Positions 10,689 through 21,269 are shown, counted from the first letter of the stretch. The stretch is 64,000 nucleotides of DNA from Phormidesmis sp. (GCA_965248535.1 CBDFJR010000002.1:1632001-1696000), one strand, 5' to 3'. Made by a program: numbers and translations. The notes: generated by a model not told the origin, from the sequence alone.

Positions 10689-11510
10689 TTGAAACCTAGG
10701 ATTGAACGCCTGTCTACATACCCCGCTCCCCTTCGGATCGGGGCGTTTTTGCTGATGCTCTTGCTGATATCGGCACCTTTTTTAGGACTCATCAATGGGC
10801 TGGTGCGCGATGCGAACACGGCTTCGATCGCAACGATAGTTTTGCTCTATGCAGAATTCATTTTTTTGGTGAGGCTGTGGGGGCGCTACGTTTATCGGCA
10901 ACCGGACTTACTCAAACACTACGGTCTGGTGATCACTCGCCAAAATGGCATTAACGTGCTGACGGGACTGGCGATCGGGCTAACCAGCCTCCTGTTAATG
11001 TTTGCTCTTCAAGGAGCTTTTGGCTGGGTCATCTGGCTGTCTCCTCAGCCGTTTTTGCCTCGCATGATCTTAGAAGGCTCACTGACAGGGCTAGGGTTTG
11101 GCTTTGCTGAAGAGCTTCTGTTTCGGGGCTGGCTGTTGGATGAATTGCAGAGAGACTACGGTCTGCGAAAAGCGATGTGGATAGACGCGATCGTATATGC
11201 TTTGCTGCACGCACCTCGCTCGATCGCACAGGTTCCGGCACTTATTCTTCTGGGTTTAGCATTAGTGCTAGCAAAACGGGCAAGTCAGGGCAGATTAGGA
11301 CTCTCGATCGGGCTACACGGTGGATTGGTTTGGGGTTATTACAGTCTCAACGTGGGGCAGTTGATCAAATACTCCCATCAAGTGCCCGACTGGTTAACGG
11401 GAGTTGGCGGCAACCCGTTAGCCAGCCTGACCGGGATGGTGGCCCTGGGAGCGATCGCAGTCGGAATGAAGGTTGCAGCGTCTCGCTCTACAGCCTTTCT
11501 GAAGCGTTAG
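10689..11510 (+). CDS. CPBP (Abi/CAAX) intramembrane glutamic endopeptidase
   Basis: EELLFRG, YALLH, IGLHG motifs; hydrophobic segments. Confidence 0.9.
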   Translation: MKPRIERLSTYPAPLRIGAFLLMLLLISAPFLGLINGLVRDANTASIATIVLLYAEFIFLVRLWGRYVYRQPDLLKHYGLVITRQNGINVLTGLAIGLTSLLLMFALQGAFGWVIWLSPQPFLPRMILEGSLTGLGFGFAEELLFRGWLLDELQRDYGLRKAMWIDAIVYALLHAPRSIAQVPALILLGLALVLAKRASQGRLGLSIGLHGGLVWGYYSLNVGQLIKYSHQVPDWLTGVGGNPLASLTGMVALGAIAVGMKVAASRSTAFLKR

Positions 11511-12141
11511 GCCCGTCTAAGTGAGTTCCGATCAGACACGCCCCAGCGAGATTTACGCCGTCTAGGTTGGCGTTTTGTAGATCTGCACACAACAGATTTG
11601 CGCCTGCCAAATTTGCGCCTGCTAAGTTTGCGCCTTGCAGGTCGGCTTCTTCTAAATTGGCTTCTGTCAGCAGTGCGCCTTGCAGGTCTGCTTGACTCAA
11701 ATTGGCACCGTGAAGATTTGCGCCACTCAGATTAGCACCCCGCAAGTCGGCACCCCGCAGATCAACTCCTTGAAAGCTAACCCCCATCAAGTTAGCACCA
11801 CTTAAGAAAGCCCCTGTAAGCGCAGCGCGAGTTAACCGAGCGCGCATTAAATTGGCACCCCGCAAGTTGCTGCCGCGCAAGTCTGCTTCGGTCAAGTCAG
11901 CTTGCATCAGGTTTGCACCCGTCAAGTTGGCTCGAAGGTCAGCCCCGACTAGCTGGCTGCCAATCAGGTTGGCTCCGTCTAAAGAGGCCCCGGTGAGTTT
12001 AGCGCCTGTCAGATCAGCCCCCGCCAGTTTAGCCCCCGATAAGTTGACCCCACTCAAATCTATCTGGGATAGATCTTCGTCTTGGAGGTCGGCCCCTGCT
12101 GAATAGTTGTTTTTGCTCGATCGGACTGCTTGAAGATCCAT
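11488..12141 (-). CDS. pentapeptide repeat protein
   Basis: Many A(D/N)LxG repeats; start placed at MDLQAVR. Confidence 0.9.
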   Translation of the reverse strand: MDLQAVRSSKNNYSAGADLQDEDLSQIDLSGVNLSGAKLAGADLTGAKLTGASLDGANLIGSQLVGADLRANLTGANLMQADLTEADLRGSNLRGANLMRARLTRAALTGAFLSGANLMGVSFQGVDLRGADLRGANLSGANLHGANLSQADLQGALLTEANLEEADLQGANLAGANLAGANLLCADLQNANLDGVNLAGACLIGTHLDGPNASERL

Positions 12142-12145
12142 AACG

Positions 12146-13603
12146 CTAAACCTGCTTGGTGACCAAATTTGTGATCGGCTGAGATGGCTCAATCAAGTTC
12201 AAAAGATCCTCATCTGAGTGAGAATCGAGCAGCCACATGCCCGCTGCAATCTTGGGAAGATTGATCGACAGGCTCAAGCCTTGCTGCATCCCAGCCGCCA
12301 AAAGTGAAAGGGCATCGACGAGCTTAGGGTCAAACCGATCGTCTTGCTCACCTTGACACGCCTCTAGAGCTTTCATGAAATGGGCTTCAGAATTGGGTTG
12401 AGCATTCGGACTGTTGCGTAAGTCAGCCAGGTGTTGCTGAAACTCAACAACCAAGCCCAAAATTCGCGACTCTAGTGGAATGTCGTCTCCGGCGAGTCCG
12501 GCGGGCTGGCCGCGACCGTCCCAGCGCTCTGACTGGTGAGTGATGATCGTGGCGATCGCTTTGAGTCGCTGCATCGTGCGAAGGATTTGAGCACCGGGCA
12601 CGATCGGGCAGCTAGGCGGTGCGTCGGTTTCGTCGTCAGAATAACGAGCAAAGCTGCTAGCGCTGAGAACGCTGTCCGAGCGCTGCAAAAAGGCGAGTCG
12701 ATGCAGCAAACTGGCAAGACGAAGGCGATTTAGCTGCCAGCTAGGAAGATCTAACAACTGAGCCATCGCTTCTGACAGGGTGGCAACTTCGGCGGCTGCC
12801 ATGGGGTTGCTGATATCGGTTTGGTCGATCAGTTGCGCCAACCGCAAAAATGCCTGCAACTCATTAGAGACTAAATTGTTGTCAAGCGCTTCGTGGCGGT
12901 GAGCAGCCGATGTATATTCTGGCTGCTGGCTGAGATGGGTCTGACCTGTTTGCAGATATTCCATCACTCGCGAGACGGCGGTGTAAACATCATCCCGATC
13001 GGCGCTCTGGGACTCAACTGAGATTGCTTCAACTCTCGCGATTAGCTGCGCTTGCAGATCAGGGTTATAGCGGCCGATGTGAGCGATCGCCAGATCTACC
13101 GTCTCCCGCACGAGACCAGATTCAAATGTCCAAAACCCATAGAACTTGCGCTCTAAATCCTCGGTGGGAACTCCATTTACACCATAATCGGCCACCGATA
13201 GCTCTTGACACAACACCATCGCCGTATAAGTTGGAGCCAAGATCATCAAGTGCCATTCTTGGGCAACGGGGTCGGTCGGCTCAAGCTCAACCAGCGAAAC
13301 ATTAGAACGCTGACTGGTTGGATGCTCGGCAAAGCCCGCATCGTGAGCAGCCATGAGCACAATTTGCCTAGAGTGCTCGGCTAGCTCTGAGTAGCGATCG
13401 GCTTCTTCTAAATACCATTTGCCGCGCTGAAAGGCAGTCACCACCAGAGGAGCACTGCTGCAAGTGAGAATGCAGTCTTCTAGGGCATGGCACAGAGAGA
13501 CTAGCGTATTTTTGTAGTAGACCCCAAAATTGAGAGGGCGTTTGCCAGCGTTTCCGCCCTCATGAGCCACCCCTAACTCATGGAGAATCGAACCTTCTAA
13601 CAT
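12146..13603 (-). CDS. DICT sensory domain + HD-GYP-like domain protein
   Basis: N-terminal K.TL..L..ALED, FQ, EWHL DICT motifs; C-terminal HQSERWDGRGQP, IPLESRI. Confidence 0.85.
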   Translation of the reverse strand: MLEGSILHELGVAHEGGNAGKRPLNFGVYYKNTLVSLCHALEDCILTCSSAPLVVTAFQRGKWYLEEADRYSELAEHSRQIVLMAAHDAGFAEHPTSQRSNVSLVELEPTDPVAQEWHLMILAPTYTAMVLCQELSVADYGVNGVPTEDLERKFYGFWTFESGLVRETVDLAIAHIGRYNPDLQAQLIARVEAISVESQSADRDDVYTAVSRVMEYLQTGQTHLSQQPEYTSAAHRHEALDNNLVSNELQAFLRLAQLIDQTDISNPMAAAEVATLSEAMAQLLDLPSWQLNRLRLASLLHRLAFLQRSDSVLSASSFARYSDDETDAPPSCPIVPGAQILRTMQRLKAIATIITHQSERWDGRGQPAGLAGDDIPLESRILGLVVEFQQHLADLRNSPNAQPNSEAHFMKALEACQGEQDDRFDPKLVDALSLLAAGMQQGLSLSINLPKIAAGMWLLDSHSDEDLLNLIEPSQPITNLVTKQV

Positions 13604-15201
13604 TACTTTCCTGCTCCAACACCTGCCAACGCTTGCTGTTTAGACTCGATCGGGGCAGAGAGCGCTTCTTCTAGCTCTGCTCGCCCCAGTCTTGACTCTA
13701 GAATGTTCATCACTTCGCGTCCAAAATCGTTGGGGTTGCGCTTCCATGCTTGAAGGCAGACCTCACCAAAGAAGGAGCCAAGGGGTTCAGGGTTCCAAAA
13801 AAGCTTACGGATCGACCAAGGCGTGATGTTCATCGGATCGTAGCCCGGTTTGAGAATATTGTTTTTAAAGGCATATTCTTCGAGATGGGTGTGGGGTTGA
13901 AGCCCGATAAAGAAGATGGCAGGTTCTACTTTGTCTGCGCCAAAAATTTCTTCTAGGGCGCGGTGATAAGCGATCGTCTGCCGAATTGTATCGGGGCGCT
14001 CATCAATCACGTTAAAGGAATAGTTAACGGAAACCAGGGCATCAAATCCGGCAGCTTTTAGGTCTCTACAATTTTCTAAGACAGTTCTCAAGTTGTAGCC
14101 CATTCGCATTTTGCGAACTAGCTCTTGCGACCCGCTCGTGATGCCGATTTCAAAGTAGTTCATCCCTGTCTTGACCATCAGCTCGCACAATTCAGGCGTG
14201 AGATTATCAGCCCGAATATAAGCAGCCCAGTGAATATCTTTCATGCCTGCGTCGAGCACTTTTTGAAGTAGCTCAATCACGTCATCCATATATTTACGAG
14301 CCGGGATGAGTTGAGCGTCGGTGAACCAAAAGTTGCGAATGCCCCGATCGTAGAGTTGCCGCATCTCAGCGACCACCTCATGGGCCGGATTAATCCTCAC
14401 CTGCTTGCCTTCAATCACCGTGTAGATGCAGTAGCAGCAGTTGTGAGGACAGCCCCGCTTAGTCTGAACGCCGACATAAAAATCTTGCGCCTGAAAATAA
14501 TATTCAAACTCACTCCAAATGGTCTGAATGTAATCGTAGTTGCAGGCAGTCTTCTCAATATTGGCGGGCGTTTCGTGAACCAAGCGATCGCGCGGTTTTG
14601 TTTCGCCCACGATATAACAGCGCTCATCTTCAAAGTTTTCGCCTCGAACCAGCTTTTCTAGCAGCGACTCGCCTTCGCCTACCGAGATAATCGATCCTTT
14701 GGGCAAGCTTTTGCCGATCTGCTCATAAAAGACGCTGACCGCACCGCCGCCGACCACAACACGGGCACCAGGGTTGTGCTGCTTGGCTCGATTCACTCCC
14801 CGTTTGATCAGTCCAATATTTCGCCAAAGCTCACCATAATAGCCAGAAGCGATTCGCAACAGACCCACTGCCCCTCTGGCCTTGACGAGAGGATTTAGAG
14901 AATAAAAGAACTCAAACGTGTGCTGTAGGGGGTTTCCGCCTCTCCCATCCACAGGGGCATAAATTTGGATGTCGCGCCATGAAAACACCAGCAACGTGGG
15001 CTTAAATTCGTCAACACAGTCATCTAAAGCGGCGTTGAAATCGAGGGGGGGAACTGTGCCCAAGTCAAAGATTTTTTGCTCAACGTTAGGAAACTGTTTG
15101 TGAATATGATCAGCCAGATAAACCACACCGATCGGAAAGATCGGGTTACAGGGAAGGCGAACGTAAAGAATCCGATTTTCCATGGCAGTGAGTCTATTCA
15201 A
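13603..15201 (-). CDS. B12-binding radical SAM protein (PSII high-light acclimation family)
   Basis: CPHNCCYC motif; LYVRLPCNPIFPIG N-terminus. Confidence 0.85.
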   Translation of the reverse strand: MNRLTAMENRILYVRLPCNPIFPIGVVYLADHIHKQFPNVEQKIFDLGTVPPLDFNAALDDCVDEFKPTLLVFSWRDIQIYAPVDGRGGNPLQHTFEFFYSLNPLVKARGAVGLLRIASGYYGELWRNIGLIKRGVNRAKQHNPGARVVVGGGAVSVFYEQIGKSLPKGSIISVGEGESLLEKLVRGENFEDERCYIVGETKPRDRLVHETPANIEKTACNYDYIQTIWSEFEYYFQAQDFYVGVQTKRGCPHNCCYCIYTVIEGKQVRINPAHEVVAEMRQLYDRGIRNFWFTDAQLIPARKYMDDVIELLQKVLDAGMKDIHWAAYIRADNLTPELCELMVKTGMNYFEIGITSGSQELVRKMRMGYNLRTVLENCRDLKAAGFDALVSVNYSFNVIDERPDTIRQTIAYHRALEEIFGADKVEPAIFFIGLQPHTHLEEYAFKNNILKPGYDPMNITPWSIRKLFWNPEPLGSFFGEVCLQAWKRNPNDFGREVMNILESRLGRAELEEALSAPIESKQQALAGVGAGK

Positions 15202-15550
15202 CAGTGGGGTTTAGATAAACAGAGCGATTTAAATGACATCAATAATGATCAGAAAAGTGCGATCCCAGCCTTTCGACTTCTAATTTAGGAGGATTCCCAG
15301 CGCCGTGCCCTCTGTCCAAAATCTTGATCGTGCTCAGATATGTGAGAAGATTCTGAAAACTATTTTCATATAACTTTACGATACCACCGACCCCTGACTT
15401 CTGCATGGTCTGAGGGGCAAGTTCTCAAGATCCTACGATCGCCAAAAGAGCCAAATGAGCACAATCCGCTCCCTGCCTGCGTAAACACTGAGAAATTATT
15501 CTTAACATTGCTCTAGATTAAGAAAGAATTCGCCATGAGGGAGGCAGTTG

Positions 15551-15593
15551 GTAATCGTGCTTACAGTTGTCAGGGATCGCCGGGTGTTAGGGT
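15551..15593 (+). promoter_or_regulatory. putative NtcA-activated promoter
   Basis: GTA-ATCGTGCT-TAC, then 23 nt, then TAGGGT (TAN3T), upstream of the DUF1830 gene. Confidence 0.4.
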
Positions 15594-15616
15594 TCACTTA
15601 ATAACCATCTTTAAGG

Positions 15617-16009
15617 TTGGAGCACCTCAATAGACTTATGGCTCAAGTCTTCGATCCCATCCCCTCCAATAGCGGCGATCGCCTTCTCTGTTGCTATGTC
15701 AATGCGACTAATCAGATTCAGATTGCTCGCATCACCAATATTCCTAACTGGTATTTTGAGCGGGTTGTTTTTCCAGGTCAACGCTTGCTGTTTGAGACGC
15801 TCCCTGATGCTCATCTAGAAATTCACACGGGGATGATGGCTAGCGCGATTTTGTCCGACACGATCGCCTGTTCGAGCCTGCTGATCCCCGAAGCATCTGG
15901 CCCAACATCTCCCCTTAAAGAACAGGAAATAGAGCACAGAAATGAAGGCACTGAGAGCGCTGCTCAGGCTGAGATTTCGCCCGCCGCAGTCTTGACTTCT
16001 GTAGATTGA
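15617..16009 (+). CDS. DUF1830 domain protein
   Basis: CCYVNAT..IQIARI.NI.NWYFERVVFPGQRLLFE; true start may be the downstream MAQVFD. Confidence 0.85.
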   Translation: MEHLNRLMAQVFDPIPSNSGDRLLCCYVNATNQIQIARITNIPNWYFERVVFPGQRLLFETLPDAHLEIHTGMMASAILSDTIACSSLLIPEASGPTSPLKEQEIEHRNEGTESAAQAEISPAAVLTSVD

Positions 16010-16121
16010 TGAATTGGTTTTAAGCCCAACCTCACCCGCAAGTGCAAAAAATTTTAAGGAAAACCTTTTAGCTCATGGGCATGGCGCTGCCGTGCCCTTA
16101 CACAAATCTGAGGACTGGACT

Positions 16122-16577
16122 TTAAGAATTGGTTGGTTTTTTGAGGCGATCGCGAATCTGCGACAGCAAAGTTTGGCTGCTGATGGGAGCGCGAGGCTGC
16201 GGATTTTCGGTATCCGGCCAGGTCGGCAAATCAAAACAGGGGCAGCTTTCGGGCGGTAGCCCCACCGATCGAGTCGGCACAGGCATGGCACACCGGGCAC
16301 AATCGCTGATTTCCCACTCAGAAGACAGCAACTCAGCGATCGTCTGATCGGTGCCCTCTAAATAACAGTCACCTGACTGAGGCGATCGGAGAATTTGCCA
16401 GCAGTCTTCAAACTCTGAACTGTAGCGATCGCCCGCAATCACAGAGCGGGGCTGTAGAGAGTCTTGCCCGTTGTGAATGAAAACTTTCTTGCCTAGCTGA
16501 AACCAGTAAGCAAGATATTGTCTAACTTGCTGCTCAGACGATGCAGGCTCTAAAGGGTTTAAGGGTTGTGAAGTCAA
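16122..16577 (-). CDS. conserved cyanobacterial hypothetical protein
   Basis: QYLAYWFQLGK, CYLEGT, CARC motifs. Confidence 0.8.
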   Translation of the reverse strand: MTSQPLNPLEPASSEQQVRQYLAYWFQLGKKVFIHNGQDSLQPRSVIAGDRYSSEFEDCWQILRSPQSGDCYLEGTDQTIAELLSSEWEISDCARCAMPVPTRSVGLPPESCPCFDLPTWPDTENPQPRAPISSQTLLSQIRDRLKKPTNS

Positions 16578-16640
16578 TTTTTTCTTTTTTATAATCCCTA
16601 TTTTACTGCGGGGAAATGATCTCTTTTGTGAATAAAATCT

Positions 16641-17195
16641 TTAGCTGTGATGGGTGATTTTGAGAGGCGATCCTAGCTGGCTCAAATTCAGCACATGGCC
16701 ACCCGTCACCAGATAAACTGGCTCGGCGATCGCGCCCACTTGCCTGACTATCATGCCCAAGCGATCGCGAAAGGTGCGCCCGATCGGGTAGGCAGGCACT
16801 ACGCCCCACCCAGCTTCTTCGGCTACCAAAATCACGTCCGATGAAGTGTGCACAAGGCTTTTCAGAAAGGCTTGCAGGGTTTCTTGCCAGGCTGATTCTT
16901 CTTGTTCTAACAGATTGGCTAGCCAAGTTCCGAGGGAATCGATGAGCAGACAATCGGCCGGAGTCGTCGATCGCAGCGTCGCTGATAGCGCGATCGGAAC
17001 GTGCAGGGTTGTCCACTCAGGGGGGCGACGAAGACAGTGCTGCTCAATGCGGGCTTGCCACTCGCGATCGTCCAGGTTAGTTTGAGCAGTTGCCACATAA
17101 ACAACCGACTTACCCGAGTGAGAAGCTAAATGCTCGGCCCACTCGCTTTTGCCCGATCGGGCCGGGCCAGTGACTAAAATAATTTGGCGTGCCAT
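16641..17195 (-). CDS. cobU: adenosylcobinamide kinase / adenosylcobinamide-phosphate guanylyltransferase
   Basis: GPARSGKS P-loop, YVATA, RI..H..RR, EEAGWG. Confidence 0.93.
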   Translation of the reverse strand: MARQIILVTGPARSGKSEWAEHLASHSGKSVVYVATAQTNLDDREWQARIEQHCLRRPPEWTTLHVPIALSATLRSTTPADCLLIDSLGTWLANLLEQEESAWQETLQAFLKSLVHTSSDVILVAEEAGWGVVPAYPIGRTFRDRLGMIVRQVGAIAEPVYLVTGGHVLNLSQLGSPLKITHHS

Positions 17196-17302
17196 GAGTC
17201 AGATTAGGGATTATGACTTGGGAGAGGTGCACGATCGCCCTCAGTTCACTAGCTTGGGGTTGAGTCAACATCATGCCTTAGAACGTCTTTCTAAAAACTC
17301 TG

Positions 17303-18637
17303 ATGCGCTATTTTTTTTGGTTGCTGCCTCTAGTGGTCACGCTTTCTGCCTGTGATTCTGCGATTCGGGGGCAAACGGCACCTGCACAACCCAGTCCTTT
17401 ACAAGCCTCAATGCCTCGATTGGCCCAAGCCAAACCTGACCAAATAGTGAGCACTCAAACTCTTACCCCCCAGCCGATTCGGATTTCTGTCAATCAACTG
17501 CCGCCACCCTATGCCAGTGAGAGCGCTTCTAAGTCTCCTAGCGTGGTGCCGATTCCTCAAAATCCTGTGCTGCGAGTGCCTGCCGGATTTGTTGTTAACA
17601 TCTTTGCAGACGGGCTAGATCGCCCTCGGTGGTTGGCGTTGACCCCCGATGGAGATGTGCTGGTGACAGAGACGCGCCAAAATCGCATTCGACGACTGCG
17701 CGACACCAACGGCGACGGGGTTGCCGATGTCAAAGAGACCTTTGCTACCGCCACTAACGGACTCAACCAGCCTTTTGGCATGGCCTTTGCAGGAAATTCT
17801 TTCTTTCTAGGCAACACTGATGCTGTGCTGCGGTTTCCTTATCAAAAAGGGCAAGCCCAGATTCAGGGCACGGGGCAAACGATCGCCAAACTTCCAGCCG
17901 ATGGCTATAACAACCACTGGACGCGCAACGTGGTCACTGCCCCAGATGGAAAGAAGCTGTATGTCTCGATCGGGTCAGGCACCAACGCCAGCGAAGAACC
18001 CTCGCCTCGCGCTTCGGTGCAAGTGATGAACTTAGATGGGTCGGGTCGGCAAACCTTCGCCTCTGGGGTTCGCAATCCCGTTGGGCTTGACTTTCAGCCG
18101 CGCACGGGCGAACTTTACGCCACGATTAATGAGCGAGATGGTTTAGGAGATGGCTTGGTGCCAGACTATTTGACGCGGCTACGATCGGGCGAGTTTTATG
18201 GCTGGCCCTATGCTTATTTAAGCCGCGATCGCCTTGATCCCCGCCTCGCCCAAAATGGCAAGAGTCTCCGCCCCGATTTAGTCGCCAAAACTCGCACGCC
18301 AGAGGTGCTGTTTGAGGCGCATTCTGCGGCGCTGGGGCTGCGGTTTTACAATGGCAGCACCTTTCCAGCCAAGTATCGCAACGGCGCTTTTGTGGCCTTT
18401 AGAGGCTCCTGGAACCGCAGCCAAGGCACAGGCTATAAAGTAGTCTTCGTGCCTTTTGACGCGGAGGGACGATCGCAAGGCTATTACGAAGACTTCTTGA
18501 CCGGATTTTTGCTCGATCCATCTGGGCCGACCACTTGGGGCAGACCCGTCGGACTGTTGACTTTGCCGGATGGCAGCCTGCTGATCACCGAAGAAGCCAA
18601 CAATCGGATTTATCGAGTCCAATATACGGGCCCTTAA
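17303..18637 (+). CDS. PQQ-dependent sugar / sorbosone dehydrogenase family lipoprotein
   Basis: Lipobox LSAC; HWTR, GVRNPVG, NERD, GSWNR motifs. Confidence 0.88.
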   Translation: MRYFFWLLPLVVTLSACDSAIRGQTAPAQPSPLQASMPRLAQAKPDQIVSTQTLTPQPIRISVNQLPPPYASESASKSPSVVPIPQNPVLRVPAGFVVNIFADGLDRPRWLALTPDGDVLVTETRQNRIRRLRDTNGDGVADVKETFATATNGLNQPFGMAFAGNSFFLGNTDAVLRFPYQKGQAQIQGTGQTIAKLPADGYNNHWTRNVVTAPDGKKLYVSIGSGTNASEEPSPRASVQVMNLDGSGRQTFASGVRNPVGLDFQPRTGELYATINERDGLGDGLVPDYLTRLRSGEFYGWPYAYLSRDRLDPRLAQNGKSLRPDLVAKTRTPEVLFEAHSAALGLRFYNGSTFPAKYRNGAFVAFRGSWNRSQGTGYKVVFVPFDAEGRSQGYYEDFLTGFLLDPSGPTTWGRPVGLLTLPDGSLLITEEANNRIYRVQYTGP

Positions 18638-19725
18638 AAGCCGAGGGTTTCGGGGGGCGCGATGCTGACTTTGGCACCCGATGGCCCAGAGGAATGATTC
18701 TGGATTTTGGGTGAGGGAGTGACTTGAGACGAATCAAGATCGATCGCGCTAGGGTTGGTGGGCGGAGTCGCCTGTCGAGAAAGCCAAAACAAGCCGCCCG
18801 CCATCAGCGCTGCATAGCCCACATACAAGTGCACAGGCTGAACGGCCAAACCCCGTAACCCGATCGCTGGAGTCGGTGGGTGATACCAGGTGGGCAAAAT
18901 CGCTTGTCTAGGGTCGGGTTTTGGCAGCGACGCTAACAGGCTAGCGCTGTCCATCTCTAGAACTTTGGCAATGCGTTGGATAAATCCGCGCAGATAAATA
19001 TCTTCGGGCAGGTGAGCGCCATAGCCAGCTTCTAAAGCCTGGATCTGATGCACAGGCACGAGGGTTTTGCTGTGCAGTTCCGACAAGGACATCGATCGGG
19101 CTAGCCGCGCTTGCTGAATTTGCTCACCCAATCGTCGCAGATGGTCGGCGCGCTCTTGAATGGCTTGTTCTGCTAAGTCTGCGGCTGAAAGCTTTTTGGT
19201 TGCCTTGGGGATTGCTCGCTTAATTGCCGATGGCTGGGCAATCTCAACTCCTTGCGGCTCGCTGGGAAGCGCTGGTTTTTGAGAGCGGTCTTGAAAAGAT
19301 TTTCGCCCCGATTTGGTTGGAAACTCTGCCACGTTAGAGGCGTGAGACCCTAGGGCCCGCGAAAAAGCTGCTACTGGAAATTCATCTAGGTCTGATTCTT
19401 GGGGTTCTCTCGCTCCCTTAGTCTCAATTTCTGGCTCACTTTGCTGCACAAAATGCCGCAGGGTGAGGCGAATGGCTTCTCGTCCGATCGCTTTCATTAA
19501 AAACTGAGCGCTCGTCGTTCCCTCGGGTGAGGGCTGCTGTGAATTGTCGATCGCGCGTCGATAGACTTCGCCGCGATATAGCTCTGCCTCAATCTGACTG
19601 AGCAGCGATCGCAGGTTGTCTACCGAAACCTCGATCGTGGCTTTGTGACCCGGTAACCCAAAACAGAATGTGGTGTCTTGTGCCAACATCTCCCCATCCT
19701 CGCCGTTATATAAAACTATTGACAA
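18634..19725 (-). CDS. RodZ-like helix-turn-helix domain protein
   Basis: G..IQQAR....SL.EL, ALEAG..LPE.IY.RGFI, C-terminal TM segment. Confidence 0.75.
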   Translation of the reverse strand: MSIVLYNGEDGEMLAQDTTFCFGLPGHKATIEVSVDNLRSLLSQIEAELYRGEVYRRAIDNSQQPSPEGTTSAQFLMKAIGREAIRLTLRHFVQQSEPEIETKGAREPQESDLDEFPVAAFSRALGSHASNVAEFPTKSGRKSFQDRSQKPALPSEPQGVEIAQPSAIKRAIPKATKKLSAADLAEQAIQERADHLRRLGEQIQQARLARSMSLSELHSKTLVPVHQIQALEAGYGAHLPEDIYLRGFIQRIAKVLEMDSASLLASLPKPDPRQAILPTWYHPPTPAIGLRGLAVQPVHLYVGYAALMAGGLFWLSRQATPPTNPSAIDLDSSQVTPSPKIQNHSSGPSGAKVSIAPPETLGF

Positions 19726-19841
19726 CCCTATAAGCCGTGACGGTTGCAGCTTAATCAGGCTACTTAAGTCTTGGCTTCTAAGTATTCATAGTTCTTCAAG
19801 AACGAATTAGAAGATCTGGACGATTTGAAATCAAATTTTTC

Positions 19842-20135
19842 TCAAGACGACTGAGCTAATTCGTTGGCTTTGCGGGCCCATTTGACATCTTTGATCGTGA
19901 TGCCGCCGGAATCGTGGGTCGTGAGGTCGATCGTGACCTGATTATAGACATTGAACCATTCAGGGTGATGCCCGATCGCTTCTGACACGAGGGCCAGACT
20001 CGACATAAACCCAAACGCTTCGACAAATGAGGGAAACTTAAACGCTTTGTGCAGTTTATTGTCTGCGATCGTCCAGCCGGGAAGTTGGGCAAGTTGGGCT
20101 GCTAGATCATCAGGGGATAGTTTTGGGTCAGACAT
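19842..20135 (-). CDS. pterin-4-alpha-carbinolamine dehydratase
   Basis: HHPEW..VYN.V...LTTHD motif; start at MSDPK after AAGGAG RBS. Confidence 0.92.
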   Translation of the reverse strand: MSDPKLSPDDLAAQLAQLPGWTIADNKLHKAFKFPSFVEAFGFMSSLALVSEAIGHHPEWFNVYNQVTIDLTTHDSGGITIKDVKWARKANELAQSS

Positions 20136-20223
20136 TTTTTCTCCTTGAGAGCGCGAATTAAATTCTAGGGTTGCTGGCAGAAATCCTGGGCACAGCACTG
20201 CTATGCCCGTACTGCAAAGCCCC

Positions 20224-21006
20224 TTAATGAACGATCGCCGCAGGGTGTAGGGAAATCTCAATGCGATCTCCGGGTTTAGGTTCTAAAACTTTAATGTCCA
20301 GATTGTTTTCAGCTAGCTTAGTGCGAAACTCGTCAGGGCTGCCGATCGCTTTCAGCATTGAGAGCAGCCATCCGTCAAACAAGATATCGCCCCCCGCCGC
20401 CGTCGGCAACATGACTTGAGGATGTACTGCTTGCGCTAGTTTTAATGCGCTTTCAGTGCCTTTGATGATCGAACCCACGATCGGGAGCGCTAAATCGATT
20501 AATGGAGTAATCACCACCTCGATCGGAGCATTCTCGCTTAAGGTTGGTGCATGAAACCCGTGCGGCTCATAATAAAGTTTGACTCCGCTCGTCAACTCTT
20601 TGAGCAAATAACCGTTTTCTTGCACCATCGGCCCCAAAGGAGAACCCGGCGTTGCCTGAATCGTCAGGTGATCTGAGGTGAAAGTCTCACCGTGCTTGAG
20701 GGCAGTCACTTGAGAAAACCCCAACTGTCTAGCGACAGCGGCGGCACTGGGCGAACCCACTACAGGAATCGATTTATCTAGCCGCTTTAGCGTTTCTGGG
20801 TGAGCATGGTCTTCTAAACCCTGCGACAGCAAAATCAAGTCTAGAGACTCAGGGAGCGATCGCTCTTGGTGGCGATAGCCCCTAAATAACCAAGTGAGAT
20901 TTCCAAAGGTCAGGTCGCCCACGAGCCAAGGGTCAAGCAAGATGCGCTTTCCGGCCAGTTCAATCAGCCAAGAGTTGCTGTCTAACCAGGTTAAATACAT
21001 CATCAA
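20224..21006 (-). CDS. MBL-fold metallo-hydrolase
   Basis: ILLDPWL, SQGLEDHAH. Confidence 0.85.
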   Translation of the reverse strand: MMMYLTWLDSNSWLIELAGKRILLDPWLVGDLTFGNLTWLFRGYRHQERSLPESLDLILLSQGLEDHAHPETLKRLDKSIPVVGSPSAAAVARQLGFSQVTALKHGETFTSDHLTIQATPGSPLGPMVQENGYLLKELTSGVKLYYEPHGFHAPTLSENAPIEVVITPLIDLALPIVGSIIKGTESALKLAQAVHPQVMLPTAAGGDILFDGWLLSMLKAIGSPDEFRTKLAENNLDIKVLEPKPGDRIEISLHPAAIVH

Positions 21007-21071
21007 AATCCAGATCAGCAGTGACTTCTAGATCTTAAAGGATGGTTGCGAACTATGAATATTTGTGGGGT

Positions 21072-21269
21072 CTACACGTCTACTTTGAGGTTTTCGCCCA
21101 TTGTGACGACGCGATCGCCCTTAATCAGTTTCCGTCCCCGTCTCGTCTCGATCTGCCCATTCACCTTGACCTCTCCGGCTTGAATGAGCATTTTTGCTTG
21201 CCCGCCACTTTCCACGATGCCCTTCATTTTTAGGAATTGGTCAAGCTTAATTGGTTCGTCAGTTGCCAT
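21072..21269 (-). CDS. S4-like RNA-binding protein (YaaA family)
   Basis: IKLDQFLK, SGGQAK, ETRRGRKL; start placed at MATDEP. Confidence 0.9.
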   Translation of the reverse strand: MATDEPIKLDQFLKMKGIVESGGQAKMLIQAGEVKVNGQIETRRGRKLIKGDRVVTMGENLKVDV

